Shown here: positions 56,765 to 64,000 of the stretch, in pieces
How the letters are laid out: each line of letters opens with the position of its first letter
Numbering within the stretch: position 1 is the first letter of the stretch
Assembly (NCBI GenBank): GCA_964016885.1
Contig: OZ024741.1
Location: 70,928,001-70,992,000 of the forward strand
Length of the DNA stretch: 64,000 nt
Reading direction: 5' to 3'
DNA from: Eledone cirrhosa
Lineage: Eukaryota
Notes under the pieces: model-generated
What the model was told of the DNA's origin: nothing
Seen by the model: only the letters and a program-made list of their open reading frames with translations
Databases searched by the model: none
Program-made: the position numbers and the translations under genes

Positions 56765-58580
56765 GTAATACTAGAGGGGGCCATACCAAAAGATTGGTGC
56801 AGTAGCATCATTGTCAACTGCTACAAAGGTAAAGGCGATGCACTAGATAGAGGAAACTATAGAGGTATAAAGTTGATGGACCAGGTCATGAAAGTAACAG
56901 AAAGAGTTATAGCACAGCTGATTAGGGACCGGGTGAATATAGACGAGATGCAATTTGGGTTTGTACCAGGGAAAGGCACCACTGATGCCCTCTTCCTTGT
57001 GAGGCAATTACAGGAAAAGTACCTAGCTAAAAGTAAGCCACTCTACTTGGCATTTGTCGACCTTGAGAAAGCCTTTGACAGAGTTCCACGTGCAGTAATC
57101 TGGTGGGCTCTTAGAAAACTAGGAGTAGATGAATGGCTTGTGAAAGCGGTACAAGCCATGTATAGGGGAGCAGTCAGCAAAGTTAGGATTAGCAATGAGT
57201 ATAGCGAGGAATTTAGCGTACAGGTTGGGGTCCACCAGGGCTCTGTTCTTAGCCCTCTCCTGTTCATCATAGTCCTGCAGGCAATAACGGAGGAGTTTAA
57301 GACCGGATGCCCATGGGAACTCCTGTATGCTGATGAGCTCGCACTCATAGCTGAATCTATGGTAGAACTAGAGAATAAATTCCAAACCTGGAAGCAGGGA
57401 CTAGAGAGAAAGGGCCTCAAAGTCAACATGACAAAGACTAAGGTCCTTATAAGTAGACGAGAAAACAGAACCCAGATCCCCTCAGGGAAATGGCCTTGCT
57501 CAGTATGTAGGAAAGGTGTAGGTAGGAACTCCATTCTCTGCCCCAAATGCAAACAATGGGTACACAGGAAGCTTAATTAAGAATGTAGGATTCACATGCA
57601 GCAGCTGCGCTGAAACAGCAAGCAAACAGCCACAGGAAACAAGTACCACCAATCTCTGGGAGGGCCCTGTAGAAACAGTAGACAGCTTCTGCTACCTAGG
57701 TGACCGAATTAGCAACGGAGGTGGGTGCTCAGAAAGTACAATAACTAGGGTAAGAACGGGATGGAAGAAGTTTAGGGAACTACTACCACTGCTAGCTGCA
57801 AAAGGCTTCTCCCTCAGAATGAAAGGCAGACTGTATGATGCGTGTATCCGAACAGCGATGTTGCATGGTAGTGAGACCTGGGCGCTGAAGGTGGAAGACT
57901 TACGTAGATTAGAGAGAAACGAAGCCTGTATGCTCCGATGGATGTGTAACAGTAATATACGTGAACGACAAAGCATAAAGGAATTGAGAGAGAGACTGAG
58001 CATAAGAGGAATCAAATGCTGCGTGCAGGAGAGGCGGTTACGCTGGTATGGACATGTGATGCGTATGAAGGATGACAGCTGCATAAAAAGGTGCAGAGCA
58101 CTAGAAGTTGATGGAAACCGCGGAGTGGGGAGACCCAAGATGACTTGGGATGAGGTGATAAAAGCCGACCTTACCCAACTACACCTCTCAAAGTCAATGA
58201 CACACGACCGTGACTTCTGGCGTCACGCAGTAATACAGGGTACCCGACCTCCCATGGGTACATGCTGAAGCATATAAACAATATGCCCCCACTCCCCCCA
58301 CCGCAAGGTGGTCGTGGAGGTGCCACGGCAAAAAAGCACCCAGCCCACACTGTAAAGTGGACGTGTAGGCGCCACGAAAAAGCACCCAGCACTCACTGTA
58401 AATGAGGTTGGTGTTAGGAAGGGCATCCAGCTGTAGAAATCAAGCCAGATCAGTTCCTGTATGAGCAAGGCATGGTCAGCTGACCAGACACTGCCCACAA
58501 ACAGGACAACCCGTCTAACCCATGCTAGCGTGGAAGAACGGACGGAAAACGGTGATGATGATGATGATGATGATGATGAT
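56765..58580 (+). mobile_element. RTE LINE subfamily B, 5'-truncated (YADE; deletion at ~57567)
   Basis: ORFs 56873-57580 and 57819-58268; (GAT)n tail. Confidence 0.95.
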
Positions 58581-58607
58581 ATATACATATATATATATAT
58601 ATACACA

Positions 58608-58641
<34 letters not shown>

Positions 58642-58710
58642 CACATACATATATATATATATATATACATACATATATATATATACATACATATATATAT
58701 ATGCATATAT

Positions 58711-61202
58711 ATTACTTGATGCTTTCGACAGTAAGGAAGAGCAATTAGAGTCGTACAATATAGAGGAACAGTGGGAATTCCTGAAAGCTAACCTGCTGAA
58801 GGCGGCAGATGAAGTCTGTAGCTGGAGCAGGCCTATAGGCAGGAGGAGAGTAACATGGTGGTTGAACAGTAAGGTGGAGGAGTCAATTAAGGCCAAAAAG
58901 CAGGCTTGGAAAATATGGCGGGATGGGGGAAGTAGAGAAGACTATCAAGTGGCCAGGAGGGAAGCTAGGAGACAAGTGTACTTCGCAAGAAGGGAAGCAG
59001 AGGAAAGAAAGTTCAAGCATGTTCTACAACGCGAGGACCAAAAACGAGAGGTGTTCAGGAGTTCTAGGCAATGTGTCAAGAAAAACCGTGATATTGTCAG
59101 GGAGAAGGTAGCTTGGGAGTGTCACTACGAAAGGCTACTAAATGAGCAGAATAATTGGGAGAAAGACAGTCTCCCCCACATCGACCCAATAGAGGGACCA
59201 GCAGGGCTAGTTGAAGGTAGTATAATAAGTAAGGCAATCAAAGATATGAAGACGGGTAAGGTGGCTGAGCCTTCGGAAATATTTGCTGAAATGCTGAAAG
59301 CATCTGGAACGGTGGGACACACTATGGTCACCCGGATAGTAAACCAAGTCATGCAGAATGGGGTTGTTCCGAAGGACTGGTGTAGCAGCATCATCATTAA
59401 CTGCTACAAGGGTAAAGGAGATGGCCTAGATAGGAGTAACTATAGAGGCATTAAATTAATCGACCAGGTCATGAAGGTCACAGAAAAAGTAATAGCGCAA
59501 CTAATCAGAGAACGAATTGATCTAGATGAAATGCAGTTCGGGTTTGTGTCAGGTAAAAGTACCACAGACGCTCTTTTCATTGTACGACAACTACAGGAGA
59601 AGTACCTAGCTAAAAGTAAACCCCTATACTTAGATTTTGTTGACTTGGAGAAAGCCTTTGACAGAGTCCCCCGCTTAGAAAACTAGGTGTTGATGAATGG
59701 CTTGTGAGAGCTATACAAGCCATGTATAAAGAAACAGTCAGCAAGGTTAGAATTAAAAACGAATATAGTGAAGAGTTTAGCGTAAAAGTTGGTGTTCATC
59801 AGGGCTCCGTTCTTAGCCCCCTACTATTTATTATTGCCCTTAAGGCTATAACAGAGGAGTTGAAGACCGGCTACCCATGGGAACTCTTATATGCAGATGA
59901 TCTAACGCTCATAGCTGAATCAATGGCTGAACTAGAGAAGAAATTCCAAACATGGAAGCATGGCCTAGAATCAAAAGGCCTTAAAGTTAACCTGTCTAAG
60001 ACTAAAGTTCTAGTTTGTAGGAAGGAAAATAGGGCACCAGTCCCATCCGGGAAATGGCCATGGTCAGTGTGTAGGAAAGGAGTAGGTAGAAACTCCATTT
60101 TATGTCCCAAATGCAAAGTATGGGTGCATAAAAGATGTAGTGGGATCACAGGTAAGCTAACTAAGAACATAAATTTTATATGTGGCCAGTGCTCTGGTGC
60201 AATAAGTAGCAGCAAGTTCCCACAGAATACTAGCTCATTCCATTGCACAGATGGTTCTATAGAAATCAGCAGTGGGGGAGGGTGCTCTGAAAGTACAGTA
60301 GCTAGAGTCAGAACTGGATGGAAAAAGTTCAGAGAGCTTATACCATTATTAGCCGCTAAAGGGTTCTCCCTAAAAATGAAAGGCAGGCTGTATGATGCCT
60401 GCATACGAACAGCAATGTTACATGGCAGTGAGACCTGGGCATTGTGTGCAGAGGATATATGCAGACTGGAGAGGAACGAAGCTTGCATGCTCCGCTGAAT
60501 GTGTAATAGTAATATACGTGAACGGCAAAGCATAAACGAACTAAGGGAAAAATTAAAAATAAGAGGGATCAGATGTTGTTTACTCGAGAGAAAACTACGT
60601 TGGTATGGTCATGTGATGCGCATGAAAGACGACAGCTGTATAAAAAAGTGCAGGGCAATAAAAATAGACGGTAGCCACGGAGTAGGCAGACCCAGAAAAA
60701 CCTGGGACGACTTGATAAATTCCGACCTCACACACTTACACCTCTCCAAGACAATGTCACTAGACTGAGATCTTTGGCGCTACACAGTAATAGAGAAGAC
60801 CCGCCTTACCTAAGTACAAAGTGAAACCTACTACAGTCAGTAGGCACCTCTAACAAAATACACCCTCGTCCCACTACCCCCACCCCAGCCACACCACCCC
60901 TTTCAATGTAAAGTTATGTTGGTACCACATCACCCAGCTCGAAACAAATAAGGTCGTGTAGGTGTCACGACAAAAAAAACACACAGTCCACGCTGTAATG
61001 TGGCCATGTAGGTAACACAGTAAAAACCTCCCAGTTCCACATTGTAAACGTGGGTGGTGTTAGGAAGGGCATCCAGCCGTAGAAAACCCACCAGACAGTC
61101 CTATACAAGCAAGACAACCAATCTTGCCTCAAGTGGGAAAACTCCCATCCAAACCCATGCAAGTGTGGAATATGGACGTTAAACGATGATGATGATAATG
61201 AT
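58711..61202 (+). mobile_element. RTE LINE subfamily A, older copy with deletions and stops
   Basis: ORFs 58862-59686, 59704-60498 and 60499-60768; 3' UTR and tail. Confidence 0.95.
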
Positions 61203-61234
61203 ATATAAACATACATACATATATACATATATAA

Positions 61235-61286
<52 letters not shown>

Positions 61287-61309
61287 ATACATACGCACAC
61301 ATATATATA

Positions 61310-61757
61310 TCCTTATAACAGCCTTTCCTCTCTCTCTGTTTAGTTGAGCACACTACTCTGAGTGGTTTTTGGGCTGCCCTTTCTAGCAGCTCGTCCCTCA
61401 GATACCACTGGTTCACTGCCCTAAACACGCTGTGACATCTCTCTGCCACGTGTAGCTGGATGGTTGCTTTAGATTCTCTTAGAGTTGTCTGGAATGTATA
61501 GTTTTGCATGCGCTGATGAACCATAGGCTATTCCATTTCAGTCAACAACTTCCTGGCGAAACAGATCTCTTTGGATTTGTACGTGTGTGTTATATAGTTA
61601 TAGAGGTGCGTATATACATTTTAATTTATATTTTTAATTATTGTGTGTCTACCCTGCCTTTCATAGGTTATAGATTCCATACACTGGTGGTTTTCCCTGT
61701 TTTATTGATGGCGCACTATCTCTCTCTAGTGTGTTACGTTTTATTTTTGGTAAGGTG

Positions 61758-61760
<3 letters not shown>
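61310..61760 (+). mobile_element. Solo non-coding HHR element in (TA)n
   Basis: 450 bp unique within the window; central HHR; TA flanks. Confidence 0.55.
61506..61588 (+). ncRNA. Type I hammerhead with full stem III
   Basis: gcatgcg-CTGATGA-a cca...tgg c-GAAA cagatc tctttg gatttg TA-cgtgtgt. Confidence 0.75.
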
Positions 61761-61809
<49 letters not shown>

Positions 61810-62340
61810 TAATAAGACAACACGAAGGTTAGATTTCACAATTTCTTTAACTACACAAAAGCTATATATGTATTTCTGTTGTGAGACAGCTACATCATTA
61901 TATTATGACACAATCCATGTCACACTGTCTTCAGATGGCACAATTGAAGATAGCCCTGTGATCTTCCTTTCACCAGGAAGCACAGACAGTTTTCACCTGA
62001 CAAAAGAGGTTGGGTGATGGACACAATTGAAAGGGCTGAGGTCACAATTTCTTCTTTGACAAATCCCTAATTAAGCCAGTTTCTTTTTAAATGGATGAGA
62101 GTGGCAAGCATGATCTAAGTGAAGGGGCCTGCTCTGAGTATGCACCTGTAGATAGGAGGAAGACAAATAAGAGACCCAAATGGTCAGGGTGGTTTTTGTG
62201 TGCTTTCTCTACAAGTGTCTTTTGGAAGTCTCCCCTCTATTGAAGGATTTTATTTTGTTTTAATTTCACATGTTTTAGTGTTTGTTATATTTTCACAATA
62301 AAACCTACACTGTATTGTCCTGTGTCATTCTCTGCCATCC
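61810..62340 (-). mobile_element. Possible decayed PLE 3' end with degenerate HHR (61861-61939)
   Basis: CTGAAGA..tgtga/tcaca..GAAA tacata TA; GETSKR-like remnant near 62220-62236. Confidence 0.35.
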
Positions 62341-62702
62341 TTAATGTTTTCTTCTTGTGAACATTTTGTGGTTAATAAAGAAATCATTATTGATAATAAT
62401 AACAATATTAATAATAATAATATTGTTGATGCAGTTTTTGTTGTAATCATGGATCTCTTGACAACACCCCCTCCCCCCCTTTCAATGTTTTTCAAAACAT
62501 CTCCAAATTATCATTCACATTACTCTCTCTCTTTCTCTTTGTATACATATACATACACCCACACACATGCATATATATATATATATATATACCTTCATAC
62601 ATGCACATATACATACATACATACACCTACATATATATACACACACACATATATATATACACCCACACACAACAATATATATATATATATATTTATATAT
62701 AT

Positions 62703-62745
<43 letters not shown>

Positions 62746-62756
62746 CACCCACACAA

Positions 62757-62792
<36 letters not shown>

Positions 62793-62832
62793 GGGAAGAA
62801 GAGACCCCAAAACTATATATATATATATATAC

Positions 62833-64000
62833 ATGGGAAGAAGAGACCCTACCCCAAGTAAACCCTATAGAGGGACCAGCAGTATAAGTCAGCAGCAGCG
62901 TAGTAAGTAAGGCAATCAAAGATATGAAGATGGGGAAGGCAACCGGTCCATCGGGTATAGCTGCCGAGATGCTGAAGGCATCTGGGTCTGTAGGTCACAC
63001 TATAACCACACGTATCATTAACCAGGTAATACTAGAAGGGGCCATACCAAAAGATTGGTGCAGTAGCATCATTGTCAACTGCTACAAAGGCAAAGGCGAT
63101 GCACTAGATAGAGGAAACTATAGAGGTATAAAGTTGATGGACCAGGTCATGAAAGTAACAGAAAGAGTTATAGCACAGCTGATTAGGGACCGGGTGAATA
63201 TAGACGAGATGCAATTTGGGTTTGTACCAGGAAGAAGCACCACTGATGCCCTCTTCCTTGTGAGGCAATTACAGGAAAAGTACCTAGCTAAAAGTAAGCC
63301 ACTCTACTTGGCATTTGTCGACCTTGAGAAAGCCTTTGACAGAGTTCCACGTGCTGTAATCTGGTGGGCTCTTAGAAAACTAGGAGTAGATGAATGGCTT
63401 GTGAAAGCGGTACAAGCCATGTATAGGGAAGCAGTCAGCAAAGTTAGGATTAGCAATGAGTATAGCGAGGAATTTAGCGTACAGGTTGGGGTCCACCAGG
63501 GCTCTGTTCTTAGCCCTCTCCTGTTCATCATAGTCCTGCAGGCAATAACGGAGGAGTTTAAGACCGGATGCCCATGGGAACTCCTGTATGCTGATGAGCT
63601 CGCACTCATAGCTGAATCTATGGTAGAACTAGAGAATAAATTCCAAACCAGGAAGCAGGGACTAGAGAGAAAGGGTCTCAAAGTCAACATGACCAAGACT
63701 AAGGTCCTTGTAAGTAGACGAGAAAACAGAACCCAGATCCCCTCGGAGAAATGGCCTTGCTCAGTATGTAGGAAAGGTGTAGGTAGGAACTCCATTCTCT
63801 GCCCCAAATGCAAACAATGGGTACACAAGAGATGTAGCGGGATCTCAGGAAGCTTAATTAAGAATGTAGGATTCACATGCAGCAGCTGTGCTGAAACAGC
63901 AAGCAGCAAACAGCCACAGGAAACAAGTACCACCAATCTCTGGGAGGGCCCTGTAGAAACAGTAGACAGCTTCTGCTACCTAGGTGACCGAATTAGCAGC
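62833..64000 (+). mobile_element. RTE LINE subfamily B (runs off window end; YADE)
   Basis: Near-identical to 56765-57720 over the overlap. Confidence 0.95.

Overview
AT-rich eukaryotic (metazoan) DNA. The repeat content suggests a cephalopod such as Octopus, but that is inference. The window is a dense nest of retroelements inserted into (TA)n microsatellites. (1) About 15 truncated RTE-type LINE copies from 4 subfamilies, mostly with (GAT)n tails; subfamilies A and B carry a PHD-like finger inside the RT. (2) Three Penelope-like (PLE; RT + GIY-YIG) families. (3) tRNA-type SINEs, TTAA MITEs and a bipartite RTE-derived non-autonomous element. (4) The most notable feature: about 10 sequence-unrelated type I hammerhead ribozyme (HHR) motif families. 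Most sit in tiny non-coding 'fold-back + one-sided tail' elements embedded in (TA)n. One sits in a ~550-nt terminally redundant, retrozyme-like unit. An 8.7-kb 63-bp minisatellite next to an assembly gap is most likely one giant mucin-like (P/T/S/Q) coding exon of a minus-strand host gene, since it has a clean splice acceptor and in-frame unit variants. Most ORFs in the supplied track are microsatellite artefacts. All structures were paired by eye; no searches or folding programs were run.
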